Shown here: in pieces, positions 53,034-63,604 of the stretch | Numbering within the stretch: the first letter of the stretch is position 1 | Layout: each line of letters begins with the position of its first letter | Origin: an uncultured Candidatus Saccharibacteria bacterium | Lineage (GTDB): Bacteria; Patescibacteriota; Minisyncoccia; UBA6257; GWB1-50-10 | Assembly (NCBI GenBank): GCA_964356375.1 | Contig: CAYHGT010000002.1 | Span: 7,056-71,055 of the forward strand | DNA length: 64,000 nucleotides | Direction of reading: 5' to 3' | Position numbers and translations under genes: made by a program | The notes under the pieces: model-generated | Told to the model about the DNA's origin: nothing | The model's input: the letters and a program-made list of their open reading frames with translations, nothing else | Databases searched by the model: none

Positions 53034-53816
53034 ATGCCAAATTTTGAATTGCGTCTGGAATATTTCCAAGGACCCTTAGATAAACTTCTCGGGCTTATTG
53101 AGGAGAAAAAAATGGAGGTATCGCAAGTGAGCTTAGCAAATGTCACAAACGACTTCCTAAACTATTTAGGTCAATTCAAGGTGGCGTTTACAGAAGGTCA
53201 GATCAATGAAAATTCTCCGCTTTTTGACGCGCCACCAGAACTCCTTGCGGATTTTTTGGTTGTCGCCTCACGCCTACTTCTTATTAAATCAAAGTCGCTC
53301 TTACCGTCACTTGAATTAAGCGCCGAGGAAGAGGGAGAGATTAAAGACCTTGAACACCGCCTCGCCCTTTACCGCGAATATAAAAAAACGCAGGAACACG
53401 TAAAAAGCTTGTGGAACGAGATGCCACAAATGTATACGCGTGAGTTTTTGACATCCAACGAACCGTTTTTCTATCCGCCAAACACACTAAAACCAGAGGA
53501 CATGCTCCCGCCTATTAAAAAGATTGTGGGCGACTTGGAACAACTCTTCAAACCCAAGGCGACGGTCAAAAATCAGATAATAAATATACGCACGAAAATT
53601 CAGGAGATTGTCTCACGCCTCACAAATGTGCCTACCACATTCCGTAATCTGCATGGAGGAAATGGAACTCGCGAAGAAATTGTGGTCTTGTTTTTGGCAA
53701 TCTTACACCTCATTAAGCAACAGCTCGTGCAAGTTGAGCAAACGGGACACTTTGCCGAAATGACAATTGCAAAAACCGGCTCGCGTGAATACAATAATGG
53801 AGAAGAATCAGAATAA
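53034..53816 (+). CDS. scpA: segregation and condensation protein A
   Basis: FQGPLDKLLGLIEEKKMEVSQVSLANVTNDFLNYL and LLIKSKSLLP match ScpA conserved blocks. Confidence 0.7.
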   Translation: MPNFELRLEYFQGPLDKLLGLIEEKKMEVSQVSLANVTNDFLNYLGQFKVAFTEGQINENSPLFDAPPELLADFLVVASRLLLIKSKSLLPSLELSAEEEGEIKDLEHRLALYREYKKTQEHVKSLWNEMPQMYTREFLTSNEPFFYPPNTLKPEDMLPPIKKIVGDLEQLFKPKATVKNQIINIRTKIQEIVSRLTNVPTTFRNLHGGNGTREEIVVLFLAILHLIKQQLVQVEQTGHFAEMTIAKTGSREYNNGEESE

Positions 53817-53961
53817 CAGTATGAATCCCGTTAGAAGTGTCGGAACGGAAGCTCCAAAGGGATTCGTCCAGTTAGAATTTTACCAGCCCGAATAATGGAA
53901 ATTGTAGAGAAATGAAAAGTCATGAACACCAAAATAAACAAATTTATAAAACTCTAACTGG

Positions 53962-54534
53962 ATGAATATCATTGCACAAATTGAAGCGCTTTTATTTTAC
54001 TACGGAGAACCAATAGAAATCAAAAAGATTGCGGAAATTTTGAAAATTGAGATAAGTGTATGTGAAAACGCGCTTACCGAACTTGAAAAAAACTTGTTAG
54101 AAACAGAAACGAGAGGTCTCTTGCTTCTCCGCAAAGAGAGAAAGGTTCAACTCATTACAAAGCCGGAGCTTAAACACATCGGCGAATCAATCATTAAGGA
54201 TGAGTTCCGCGAACAATTGACACCCGCCTCGCTTGAAACGCTCTCGCTCATTGCATACTTGGGACCCGTACCTCGCGCAAGTATTGATTATATTCGCGGA
54301 GTAAACTCAAGCTTTACCATTCGTAGTTTGGTGATGCGCGGATTGGTGGAGCGCGGAAATGAAAAAGGAGCATCTTTCCATTACCGAATAACCGAGCGAT
54401 TTTTAAAACATATGGGGCTCACGTCCATAGAGCAAATGCCGGAGTATGCAAAATATAAGGAAACATTGAAACAATACGAGGAGCAATTGCAACAACCTGC
54501 AGAAACGCCCACAATACAGATTCCGTCCGAATAA
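53962..54534 (+). CDS. scpB: segregation and condensation protein B
   Basis: IEALLFYYGEPIEIKKIAEIL, TLSLIAYLGPVPRASIDYIRGV and SLVMRGLVE match ScpB winged-helix motifs. Confidence 0.75.
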   Translation: MNIIAQIEALLFYYGEPIEIKKIAEILKIEISVCENALTELEKNLLETETRGLLLLRKERKVQLITKPELKHIGESIIKDEFREQLTPASLETLSLIAYLGPVPRASIDYIRGVNSSFTIRSLVMRGLVERGNEKGASFHYRITERFLKHMGLTSIEQMPEYAKYKETLKQYEEQLQQPAETPTIQIPSE

Positions 54535-54554
54535 CTAATTTAAAATTAAACAGA

Positions 54555-55490
54555 ATGTCGCTTCGCATCCAAATAATAATCGTTATAGCGGTTCTCTTGT
54601 CCGCGCTGACCATTACAAGAATATTTACCTCCTCCATGATAGGTGACACAAACGCGCAAAATGATTCGGCGCTAACGACCGAGGATTCGGGAGCAATTTC
54701 CCCCACAAATCAAAAGGTGGAAGCAAAAAAAATACCGGTCAGAAAAATGGAAGTATTGGACCCGCAAGTAGACGCGGAGTCGGTACTCGTGCAATCGCTC
54801 AATCTTAATTTTCCACTCTTTAACTATCAGACATCAAAGAAGTGGCCTATTGCGTCCATTACAAAACTGATGACGGCGATTGTTATTTCCGAACAATTCG
54901 GTCTCACTAAAAAAATACCGATTACAAAAACTGCGGTTGAAGTTGAGGGGATTGCGGGTGACTTAAAAAGCGGGGAAGTATACTCATCAGAAGACCTTAT
55001 GAAGATTATGCTTCTCGTTTCTTCCAATCGCGCAGCAACCGCATTTGAAGAGTTTGTTGGGGGTAGAGAGCTGTTTGCCAATCTGCTCAACACGAAAGCG
55101 AAGAATCTCGGCATGACGCAAACCGTTTTTTATGATGGCTCAGGTCTTTCCACACAAAACGAATCAACAACAAGCGATCTTTTAAAACTTGCGAAATATC
55201 TCATTGAAAAGCACCCCGAGATAATAAGTTGGACCCGATTACAAACGATAAAGGTACAACCGATGAATACTGCTGTGAGCAGAAACGTGTACAATATAAA
55301 TACGTTTGCATCAGAAACCACATTTCTCGGCGGGAAAACAGGTACGTCGTACGAAGCGCGTGAAAATCTACTTGCGCTCTTCTCATTTGATGACGACCGC
55401 GTTGTCTACATAATTCTTGGCACACACGACCGCGTAGGACAGACGGACAAACTTCTGAAATGGATACGACAAGCATACACATTTAATTAA
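54555..55490 (+). CDS. D-alanyl-D-alanine carboxypeptidase (peptidase S11, PBP5-like)
   Basis: SxxK (SITK), SxN (SSN) and KTG (GGKTGTS) motifs. N-terminal TM/signal. Confidence 0.7.
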   Translation: MSLRIQIIIVIAVLLSALTITRIFTSSMIGDTNAQNDSALTTEDSGAISPTNQKVEAKKIPVRKMEVLDPQVDAESVLVQSLNLNFPLFNYQTSKKWPIASITKLMTAIVISEQFGLTKKIPITKTAVEVEGIAGDLKSGEVYSSEDLMKIMLLVSSNRAATAFEEFVGGRELFANLLNTKAKNLGMTQTVFYDGSGLSTQNESTTSDLLKLAKYLIEKHPEIISWTRLQTIKVQPMNTAVSRNVYNINTFASETTFLGGKTGTSYEARENLLALFSFDDDRVVYIILGTHDRVGQTDKLLKWIRQAYTFN

Positions 55491-55491
55491 T

Positions 55492-56538
55492 ATGATAATC
55501 TTTGAGGCAATTCGCATTCTGATACTCTTCGCGCTCGCGTTCGTTGTTGCGATGCTTTTTACGCCATTTGTGGTTAACCTTTTGCAAAAACTGAATGTTA
55601 AAAAAACAAACATCCGCGACGAAAGTAGCGCGCCAATTTTCTATCAATTTCATAAAGGGAAATCGGACACACCTACAATGGGGGGCATCATTATCTGGGG
55701 CACAGTAATTGGTCTCGCGATTATTTTTTTCCTTTTGCAAAAAACATTTGACGGATTTGCAAATTATTTTAACTTTGTAAGTCGCGCCGAAACATATCTA
55801 CCACTAGCATCGCTCTTTTTTGCAGCAATCATCGGGCTCGTAGACGACATCTACGGCATCGTTGGAAAAGGCCCTCATGGCGGGGGATTGAGCGTGAAAC
55901 AAAAACTTTTGCTCTACACCGTCATCTCAGCGGTGGGTGCGTGGTGGTTTTACTTCCGTCTTGGATTTAACACACTCTACATTCCGTTTTATGGAAACAT
56001 CACAATGGGCTGGTGGTATATTCCATTCTTCCTTTTTATTCTAATAGCAACTTCATTTTCTACAAACGAAACAGATGGTCTGGATGGGCTTGCGGCGGGC
56101 ACCCTTTTCTTTGCATTTGGTGCGCTCGCAGTTATTTCTTTTGCAATGCATCGCTTTGACCTCGCAGCAATGAATGCGGTTATTCTTGGAGCAATCCTTG
56201 CATTCCTATGGTTCAATATTTATCCCGCTCGTTTCTTTATGGGCGATACTGGTTCAATGTCGCTTGGTATCACGCTCGGTGTGATGGTAATGCTCACCAA
56301 CACCGCGCTTTTTCTTCCATTCTTTGGTTCAATACTTATATTTGAATCTGCAACTGTTATCATCCAGGTCACAAGTAAAAAATTGCGAGGTAAAAAAGTT
56401 TTCCTCTCCACGCCAATACATCACCACTTTGAAGCACTCGGCTGGCCGGAAAGCCAGATTACGATGCGTTTCTGGATTGTATCCATCGTGACAACCATCA
56501 TTGGTCTCACGCTTTTCTTCCTCGCAAGGTTTTTGTAA
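55492..56538 (+). CDS. mraY: phospho-N-acetylmuramoyl-pentapeptide transferase
   Basis: PTMGG, VDDIYG, NETDGLDGLAAG, FMGDTGS. 10-TM protein. Confidence 0.85.
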   Translation: MIIFEAIRILILFALAFVVAMLFTPFVVNLLQKLNVKKTNIRDESSAPIFYQFHKGKSDTPTMGGIIIWGTVIGLAIIFFLLQKTFDGFANYFNFVSRAETYLPLASLFFAAIIGLVDDIYGIVGKGPHGGGLSVKQKLLLYTVISAVGAWWFYFRLGFNTLYIPFYGNITMGWWYIPFFLFILIATSFSTNETDGLDGLAAGTLFFAFGALAVISFAMHRFDLAAMNAVILGAILAFLWFNIYPARFFMGDTGSMSLGITLGVMVMLTNTALFLPFFGSILIFESATVIIQVTSKKLRGKKVFLSTPIHHHFEALGWPESQITMRFWIVSIVTTIIGLTLFFLARFL

Positions 56539-56565
56539 TCAAAGAATGCTAAAATAAGAGAGTAG

Positions 56566-58062
56566 ATGTCTACGCTTATTAAAAATGGCTTGGTTTATGA
56601 CGGAAGCGGAACCGCACCCATAAAAAGGGATATTTTAATACACGGAAAATATATCGCAAAGATTGGCACACTTTCGCGCGAACATGCGGACCTTGTAATT
56701 GATGTTGGGGGCGCCTCGGTAATGCCGGGATTCATAGATGTTACCTCACACTCCGACCATTATATGTCGCTTTTCTATGAACCATATCAAGAAGATTTTA
56801 TCCGTCAGGGCATCACCACAATAATTGGGGGTAATTGTGGCGTCTCACTCGCGCCACTTTTAACGGGTTCGCTTGAATCAGTGCGTGAATGGGGAAGTGA
56901 ACACGGCACGAACGTCAGCTGGTATTCCATAAAAGAGTTTTTGCAAATGCTCTCCAAGCGAAAGCTTGGCATAAATTTCGGAACGCTCGTGGGACACACA
57001 TCCATACGCAGAGCTCTGACTCAAAATAAATTCCGCGATCTTACCGAAGAAGAGCTTGAAATGTTTAAAAAAATAGTAGTGGATGCATTAAAAGATGGCG
57101 CATTTGGACTTTCCGTGGGACTTGAACATACGCATGCTACCCGCACACCATTTTCCGAATTGCGTGAACTTGTAAAAGTGGTTACGAAGCACAATGCAAT
57201 CTATGCGGTACATTTGCGAAATACACATGAAGGACTTACCTCGTCTATTGAGGAAACCATTGAGCTAGCAACGGAAACAAATGCAAATATTGAAATCTCG
57301 CATCTACAACCACTCAAAAAATATGGAGATGCGTATGAAGAGGTGGCAAAGCAAATTGAGAAAGAATCGGCAAAACATAGAATCAATTTTGACGTGAATC
57401 CATTTGATTCTGTTCCGATGCTCATTTATGAGTTACTTCCGGTGTGGTTTGGCGAAGAAAGTATTGAATGTATGCACGAAAAGACGCTTACCAAGCCGGG
57501 ACGCGAACGACTTCTCCCATATCTCAAAGAAAACGCGCCGCGTGATTGTATCATCACACACGTACCTGATGCATCGCTAAAATATTTAGAAGGCAAATCC
57601 ATAAAAGAGTTTTCAACGCGCAACGAACTGAGGTACGAAGAAGGGATTTTGAAAATAATGGAACTGACCCACTTGCGCGCAACGCTTGCAGTAAAGATTG
57701 TGGATACGGATATGCTGAACGCATTTCTTGCACACCCCAATTCAATTGTTTCCACAAACAGCGCAAGTTTTGGGAAAAAAGAATTTAAATTCACCCCAAG
57801 CACAGAAACGTTTCCTGCGTTTTTACGATTTGCGGACGGTTCAAAATTATTGAGCATGGAAAAAGCGGTTGAAAAATCAACTTCAATGCCGGCCCAAAAA
57901 TATGGCATCGCTAAGCGTGGACGCGTTGAAGAGGGTTATTTTGCAGACATCGTTATACTTTCAAACTTTGAACCGACACACGTGTTTGTAAATGGCGCAT
58001 TAGCATTAAAGGATGGCGTGCCAACACACACATTGGAAGGAATGGCGCTTAAACGGACATAA
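56566..58062 (+). CDS. amidohydrolase-superfamily protein, D-aminoacylase (N-acyl-D-amino-acid deacylase)-like
   Basis: N-terminal LIKNGLVYDGSG...VIDVGGASVMPGFIDVTSHSDH resembles Amidohydro_3 D-aminoacylases. The usual HxH metal motif reads HSDH here. Confidence 0.6.
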   Translation: MSTLIKNGLVYDGSGTAPIKRDILIHGKYIAKIGTLSREHADLVIDVGGASVMPGFIDVTSHSDHYMSLFYEPYQEDFIRQGITTIIGGNCGVSLAPLLTGSLESVREWGSEHGTNVSWYSIKEFLQMLSKRKLGINFGTLVGHTSIRRALTQNKFRDLTEEELEMFKKIVVDALKDGAFGLSVGLEHTHATRTPFSELRELVKVVTKHNAIYAVHLRNTHEGLTSSIEETIELATETNANIEISHLQPLKKYGDAYEEVAKQIEKESAKHRINFDVNPFDSVPMLIYELLPVWFGEESIECMHEKTLTKPGRERLLPYLKENAPRDCIITHVPDASLKYLEGKSIKEFSTRNELRYEEGILKIMELTHLRATLAVKIVDTDMLNAFLAHPNSIVSTNSASFGKKEFKFTPSTETFPAFLRFADGSKLLSMEKAVEKSTSMPAQKYGIAKRGRVEEGYFADIVILSNFEPTHVFVNGALALKDGVPTHTLEGMALKRT

Positions 58063-58065
58063 TAC

Positions 58066-59178
58066 ATGAATTTTAGTTTTTCAAATCCAAAAAGTTACGG
58101 GGTGGATATCGTCTTTATGGCATTTCTTGTCGTGCTCGTTATATTCGGACTCATCATGCTTACAAGCGCTTCGTCCGACCTCGCAAAAAATGGGTTTAAT
58201 GACAGTACCTATTTTTTGAAACACCAGCTTCTCAGCGGACTTTTGCCTGGTCTTGTTGGGTTTCTTATCGGCTACTTTGTTTATTATAGAACGTGGGAAA
58301 AATTCGCTCCCCATATTTTAATAATTGGAATTTTTCTTTTGCTCCTCGTCTTTATTCCATCAGTAGGACTCACATTAAAGGGTGGAACGCGCTGGATAAA
58401 TTTTGGAACCTTTTCATTTCAACCGGGCGAGGTAATGAAGCTCACATTTTTTATTTACCTCGCAGCGTGGATTAGTAAAAGTCAGCAACGCGGAAAAAGC
58501 TTATTAGGTGGTCTCGTGCCATTTTCTATCTTGGTCGGGCTTGTGATGTTCCTCCTCTTATTGCAACCAGCGACCTCCATGGCGGGACTTATTTTCCTAA
58601 CCTCGCTTCTGGTGTATTTTACTTCGGGCGCAAAAATAAAATTCGTGGCAGCGCTAGTACTTATTGCGAGTCTTGGTGCAATTATGCTTGTTTCGTTCAC
58701 ATCATATCGTTCTACACGCGTGAATACATTTTTAAATGTGGCGAGCGATCCGCAGGGGAGGGGATATCATATCGCACAAGCACAACTCGCAATCGGTTCC
58801 GGCGGACTCTTTGGCGTTGGATTTGGCAAATCAACAACAAAATATTATCTTCCCGAACCAATGGGTGATTCTATTTTTGCAGTCATATCGGAAGAATTCG
58901 GATTTATGGGCGCCGGGACACTACTTATTGTCTTCCTAGCATTTATTTGGAGAGGACTCAAAATTGCGCGAGACGCATCGGATAATTTCGGCAGGTACCT
59001 CGTGACCAGTTTTATGTGCATGTTCGGCTTGCAAACATTTGTGAATGTCGGCGCAATCTCCGGCGTCATCCCAATGACTGGCGTCCCACTCCCATTCATA
59101 AGTTACGGAGGAACAGCGCTCGCGGTTTTTTTGACCATGTGCGGTATAGTTGCTAACATATCCAAATACAAGCACTAA
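58066..59178 (+). CDS. ftsW: SEDS-family peptidoglycan glycosyltransferase FtsW/RodA
   Basis: 10-TM protein with the conserved GxxxNGxxxW-like region (RWINFGTFSFQPGE), the D in EFGFMG, and the C-terminal GGTAL. Confidence 0.85.
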   Translation: MNFSFSNPKSYGVDIVFMAFLVVLVIFGLIMLTSASSDLAKNGFNDSTYFLKHQLLSGLLPGLVGFLIGYFVYYRTWEKFAPHILIIGIFLLLLVFIPSVGLTLKGGTRWINFGTFSFQPGEVMKLTFFIYLAAWISKSQQRGKSLLGGLVPFSILVGLVMFLLLLQPATSMAGLIFLTSLLVYFTSGAKIKFVAALVLIASLGAIMLVSFTSYRSTRVNTFLNVASDPQGRGYHIAQAQLAIGSGGLFGVGFGKSTTKYYLPEPMGDSIFAVISEEFGFMGAGTLLIVFLAFIWRGLKIARDASDNFGRYLVTSFMCMFGLQTFVNVGAISGVIPMTGVPLPFISYGGTALAVFLTMCGIVANISKYKH

Positions 59179-59181
59179 CTC

Positions 59182-60318
59182 ATGATTATTCGCATCGCAC
59201 TTGTGGGAGGTGGAACTGGAGGACATATGAATCCGCTTCTTGCGGTTGCAGATGAATTGCAAGCAACCCCCGGATTAAATTTACGCATCACATATTTCGG
59301 TCCGGAAACCACAATGGTGGACGAGTTTGAGATTCGCGATATTGCAATTTTTGGAATTGCATCAAGCAAGCTTCGTCGTTATTTTGATTTTAGAAACATC
59401 ATTGATATTCCAAAATTCTTTTTCGGTATTCTCCAAGCACTCGTAAAACTCTACAATGAAATGCCTGATGTCGTCTTTTCAAAAGGCGGACCCGGCGCAC
59501 TTCCTGTTATTATTGTCGCAAAGTGGTATATGATACCGGTCGTCATTCACGAATCAGATGCAATCCCGGGAGTGACAACGCGCCTCTCCGCAATATTCGC
59601 AAAAAGAATCCTTCTGGCATTTGAGGAGGCAGCACAATATTTTCCAGCGAAAAAGGTTCGCGTCGTAGGCAATCCGATACGCAAAGAACTCATGAGCAAC
59701 TATGGCGATACCGCATCGCTAAAAAAAGAAATGCAATTAAATGAGCATCTTCCAAATATTCTGGTGCTTGGTGGTTCACAGGGCTCAACGCGTGTAAATA
59801 ACTTTATTCTTGATTCGCTTCACAAATTCCTTCCGGAAATGCAAGTAACGCATCAAACAGGCACGGCTAATTTTGAAGAAGTACAAGAACAAGCAAAATC
59901 AATACTCAAAGATATTGATGAATCGCTCCGTGCGCGCTATCACCCATATGACTACTTTACAGCAAACAGATTAAAAGAAGCGCTCGGTGCTGCAGACCTC
60001 GTTATCTCCCGTACTGGGGCAAGCGCAATATTTGAGATTGCCGTAGCTGGAAAACCCTCAATACTCATTCCGCTAAGCGACTCTGCAAACAACCATCAAC
60101 GCGCAAATGCATATGCATATGCGCACACAGGCGCGGCATCCGTCGTAGAAGAAGGAAACATGACAACTAATCTTGTATTTTCTCTGATTCATGGAATGTT
60201 GAAGGATGATGCGAGCGTTTCTAAAATAAAATTAGCGGCAAGAGGCTTCTTTAAACCGATGGCGGCACGCGATATTGCCGAGGAAATACTTCAGTTTGTG
60301 CGTGGCGTTTCATTCTAA
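59182..60318 (+). CDS. murG: UDP-N-acetylglucosamine--N-acetylmuramyl-(pentapeptide) pyrophosphoryl-undecaprenol GlcNAc transferase
   Basis: GGGTGGHMNP N-terminal motif, GGSQGS, and the C-terminal RTGASAIFE. Confidence 0.85.
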   Translation: MIIRIALVGGGTGGHMNPLLAVADELQATPGLNLRITYFGPETTMVDEFEIRDIAIFGIASSKLRRYFDFRNIIDIPKFFFGILQALVKLYNEMPDVVFSKGGPGALPVIIVAKWYMIPVVIHESDAIPGVTTRLSAIFAKRILLAFEEAAQYFPAKKVRVVGNPIRKELMSNYGDTASLKKEMQLNEHLPNILVLGGSQGSTRVNNFILDSLHKFLPEMQVTHQTGTANFEEVQEQAKSILKDIDESLRARYHPYDYFTANRLKEALGAADLVISRTGASAIFEIAVAGKPSILIPLSDSANNHQRANAYAYAHTGAASVVEEGNMTTNLVFSLIHGMLKDDASVSKIKLAARGFFKPMAARDIAEEILQFVRGVSF

Positions 60319-60380
60319 ACCTACCCGCCAGTAGGCGGATCTGAATGACAAAGTGCGTATTTCAGGGTATAATCTGAAAT

Positions 60381-61796
60381 ATGGATGTACGCGTGCGTTT
60401 TGCGCCATCACCAACGGGATTCCTGCACCTTGGAGGGGTAAGAACAGCCCTATTTAACTGGCTTTTTGCACGACACGAAGGCGGAAAATTTTTATTGCGC
60501 ATTGAGGATACTGACAAGGAACGCTCGGAAAAGCGCTTTGAGGATGACATACTTCAGAATCTGGAATGGCTTGGCATACTGCCGGACGAACCAATGATTC
60601 GCCAAACAGACCGTCTGGGTGTCTATGAAAAATATTTAACGGCGCTACTTGATGAACGCAAAGCATATTATTGTTTTTGCACACCGGAAGAACTTGAAGA
60701 AGAATATCGCGCACAACTTTCGCAAGGCATAATTCCGAAATATAGTGGAAAATGCAAATTACTTTCCGAGGATGAGGTAGCGGAAAAACTTAAATCAGTT
60801 TCCGCAGTCATTCGCTTAAAGATGCCGGAGCAACTCATTTCGTTCGCCGATATGATACGCGGAAAAGTTGAATTTGATACGACACTATTTGGCGACATTA
60901 TTATTGCAAAAGGTCTTCGCGAGCCACTTTATAATTTTGCGGTTGTAGTAGACGATGCAGAACAAAAAATCACGCACGTTATTCGTGGCGAAGAACACCT
61001 CTCCAATACACCGAAGCAAATTGTTTTGCAAGAAGCGCTTGGATTTCCACTCGTAACCTACGCACACCTTCCGCTTATTTTAGGCGCGGACAAGAAAAAG
61101 CTTTCAAAACGATTTTTAACCAATTCGTTAAACGATTATAAGAATCAAGGATATCTGCCCACCACACTTTTAAATTTTCTCGTCCTGCTTGGCTGGCATC
61201 CAAAAGAAGATAGGGAAGTACTCTCAATCCTTGAAATGATAGACGAATTCTCAATAAAGCGCGTACAAAAAGCGGGCGCTGTCTTTAACCCCGAGAAATT
61301 GGATTGGTTGAATTTTATGCATATCCGCGCAATGGATAAGGATGAACTTGCAAAAAACCTTGTGCCGTTCGTTCATGCAGAGTGGACAAAAGATACGGAA
61401 AGATTCAACCGTTCGGTTGAAATCTCAAAAGACCGCTTAAAAAACTTGTGTGATTTTCAAAAAGATTCCGAATTCATATTCGCGCTACCGGAATACAGCT
61501 CCGCGATTATTTCGTGGAAAAACGCGCCAAATAAAACCATGGCAAAAAATCTGAAACACGTGCGCGCACTTATTGAAAATGCAAAGGATGCCAATTTCCC
61601 GAATGAAGCGCTGAAAAATGAAATTCTGGAGTTCGCGGAAAAAGAGGGGAGAGGTGATGTTCTCTGGCCACTTCGTGTCTCCCTTTCTGGCTTGGAATCG
61701 TCTCCAGGCCCCACAGAACTCCTTTATGTCTTGGGTCGTGAAGAATCACTTATGCGCATTGATAGTGCGCTCCGTAAGTTAAGCGAGTCCTCATAA
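60381..61796 (+). CDS. gltX: glutamyl-tRNA synthetase
   Basis: Class I HIGH region (RFAPSPTGFLHLGG) and KMSKS (KLSKR). Confidence 0.9.
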   Translation: MDVRVRFAPSPTGFLHLGGVRTALFNWLFARHEGGKFLLRIEDTDKERSEKRFEDDILQNLEWLGILPDEPMIRQTDRLGVYEKYLTALLDERKAYYCFCTPEELEEEYRAQLSQGIIPKYSGKCKLLSEDEVAEKLKSVSAVIRLKMPEQLISFADMIRGKVEFDTTLFGDIIIAKGLREPLYNFAVVVDDAEQKITHVIRGEEHLSNTPKQIVLQEALGFPLVTYAHLPLILGADKKKLSKRFLTNSLNDYKNQGYLPTTLLNFLVLLGWHPKEDREVLSILEMIDEFSIKRVQKAGAVFNPEKLDWLNFMHIRAMDKDELAKNLVPFVHAEWTKDTERFNRSVEISKDRLKNLCDFQKDSEFIFALPEYSSAIISWKNAPNKTMAKNLKHVRALIENAKDANFPNEALKNEILEFAEKEGRGDVLWPLRVSLSGLESSPGPTELLYVLGREESLMRIDSALRKLSESS

Positions 61797-61799
61797 TTT

Positions 61800-63107
61800 A
61801 TGCGCCGCATACTCGCACAATTAATGCTCCTTGTCTTTATGTCGGCATTTTTGTCCGTTCCATTAACGCGCATAAATGCGGCGAACGACATTGATACGCT
61901 CCAAAAGCAGATTGAGGAAAAGGGATCGGAGCTTCAAAAAATTCAGGCACAACGCGAAACATTGAATAAAGCATTGGAGGAAATAAGCAATTCAAGTAAC
62001 TCCATCAAAAAAGATATTCAGACATACAATTCAAATATCAACGCGCTCAACCTTTCCATTAAAGCGAACGCGACAAATGTGCAAAAACTTGAACTTGAAA
62101 TTCGCTCTCTCTCAGGACAGATTGGGAATATCGGCTCGTCCATTGTCATAAAAAGACAAGCGATTGCAAATCTTCTTGCGGAGTTGCAACAAAAAGAAAA
62201 TGAGGACCTTTTCATGCGAATAATGAGGGGGTACACCTTAAGCCGAAGCATTGCGGAAATAGAAAGTATCACGACATTTAACAACGCCCTTCGCACAAAT
62301 ATTTCCGAACTCCAAAATCTTCGCAAGGACTATACGAATAAGATTGACCAAAATAAGAAAAAGAGGGTGACCAAAGAAGTACAAGCGAATGATTTGGTGA
62401 ACTTGCAACAAATTGTGAAGGAACAGAAAAATGAAAAGCAGAAAGTTCTTGATCAAACAAAAACTCAAGAACAATTTTATTCTCAACAAATTGACGAGCT
62501 TGATAAGAAGCAAGCGGAAATCAGCGCAATTATTGATGAGGCCGAGTACAAACTTCGCTCATCATTTGATCCAACATTATTGCCACTTAAACGCCGTGAT
62601 GTCCTAGGATTCCCGAATGCTGACCCATATATCACGCAATGTTATGGTCCCACAAAATTCGCAGCAAAAGCATATCGCTCAAAAACACATAATGGCATTG
62701 ATTTTGGCGCCCCAATAGGAACGCCCGTACTGGCAACTGAATCGGGAAAGGTAATTAAGGTGAGCAATAATGATCGCGGAACTTCTCGCTGGAATAAATA
62801 TCAATACGGAAAATATATTATCGTGCAACACCAAAATAATCTTGCAACACTATATGCGCATCTCTCCCGCCAAATTGTGAAAGAAGGGCAGACCGTAAAT
62901 CGCGGTGATGTGATAGGTTATAGCGGTAACACTGGATATTCATTCGGTCCGCACACTCACCTCACGGTCTTTTGGGCGCCAAGCATTCAATATAAATCGG
63001 TTCCTCCGGCTGCTGGCGTTGTTCCGATTGGTGTAACCATCAATCCCGTTGATTACTTACCTGACCTCGCAGGAATCTCACACTCAAGCGATTCGGCCTG
63101 TAAATAG
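61800..63107 (+). CDS. M23 family metallopeptidase with an N-terminal signal and a long coiled coil (EnvC-like architecture, catalytic residues intact)
   Basis: Signal peptide, a roughly 230-aa coiled coil, and a LytM domain with HxxxD (HNGIDFGAP) and HxH (GPHTHLTV). Confidence 0.8.
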   Translation: MRRILAQLMLLVFMSAFLSVPLTRINAANDIDTLQKQIEEKGSELQKIQAQRETLNKALEEISNSSNSIKKDIQTYNSNINALNLSIKANATNVQKLELEIRSLSGQIGNIGSSIVIKRQAIANLLAELQQKENEDLFMRIMRGYTLSRSIAEIESITTFNNALRTNISELQNLRKDYTNKIDQNKKKRVTKEVQANDLVNLQQIVKEQKNEKQKVLDQTKTQEQFYSQQIDELDKKQAEISAIIDEAEYKLRSSFDPTLLPLKRRDVLGFPNADPYITQCYGPTKFAAKAYRSKTHNGIDFGAPIGTPVLATESGKVIKVSNNDRGTSRWNKYQYGKYIIVQHQNNLATLYAHLSRQIVKEGQTVNRGDVIGYSGNTGYSFGPHTHLTVFWAPSIQYKSVPPAAGVVPIGVTINPVDYLPDLAGISHSSDSACK

Positions 63108-63136
63108 AAAAAAATAAAAATGCTATAATTAGGTCA

Positions 63137-63544
63137 ATGAAAAGCAAGAATCTATTTCGTCGCATGCTTGTAACACTCGTAACGGTTGTGATTTTTGTCT
63201 CATTTGGCTTTGTTTTGACCCCAAGGCCCGCGATAGCACAAACGGGCGTCACAAGCCCTCTGGATGAGCTTAAAAAGCCATTTCAGGCCCTTGCTGACAC
63301 CTTATCAAGCAAAGTCCCACAGATTGGCTCGAGCGAAAACGCGGGCCGTTTTAAGAGCTTTTTAGAGCGAAATGGCGTCAATTATGGCTCCGTGGGCTCA
63401 TTCCTTGATGGTATTGTTGATTGGTTCAAGGGACTTCTAAATTCAGCAAATTCACCGGCGTTTATCGCGTGGGTGATAGATTTTATAAAACGGGTATTCT
63501 TCCTGTTATTTGAACTTCTAAATAAATTAGTAAGTTATCTGTAG
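63137..63544 (+). CDS. secreted hypothetical protein
   Basis: -10 TATAAT at 63123-63128. Signal peptide/TM (LVTLVTVVIFVSFGFVL). No motif. Confidence 0.4.
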   Translation: MKSKNLFRRMLVTLVTVVIFVSFGFVLTPRPAIAQTGVTSPLDELKKPFQALADTLSSKVPQIGSSENAGRFKSFLERNGVNYGSVGSFLDGIVDWFKGLLNSANSPAFIAWVIDFIKRVFFLLFELLNKLVSYL

Positions 63545-63604
63545 GGTAGTGGCAATAATTTAGTAATCTTCATTTCTTAAATCAGTTCGCGTGCAACACA
63601 GCAA

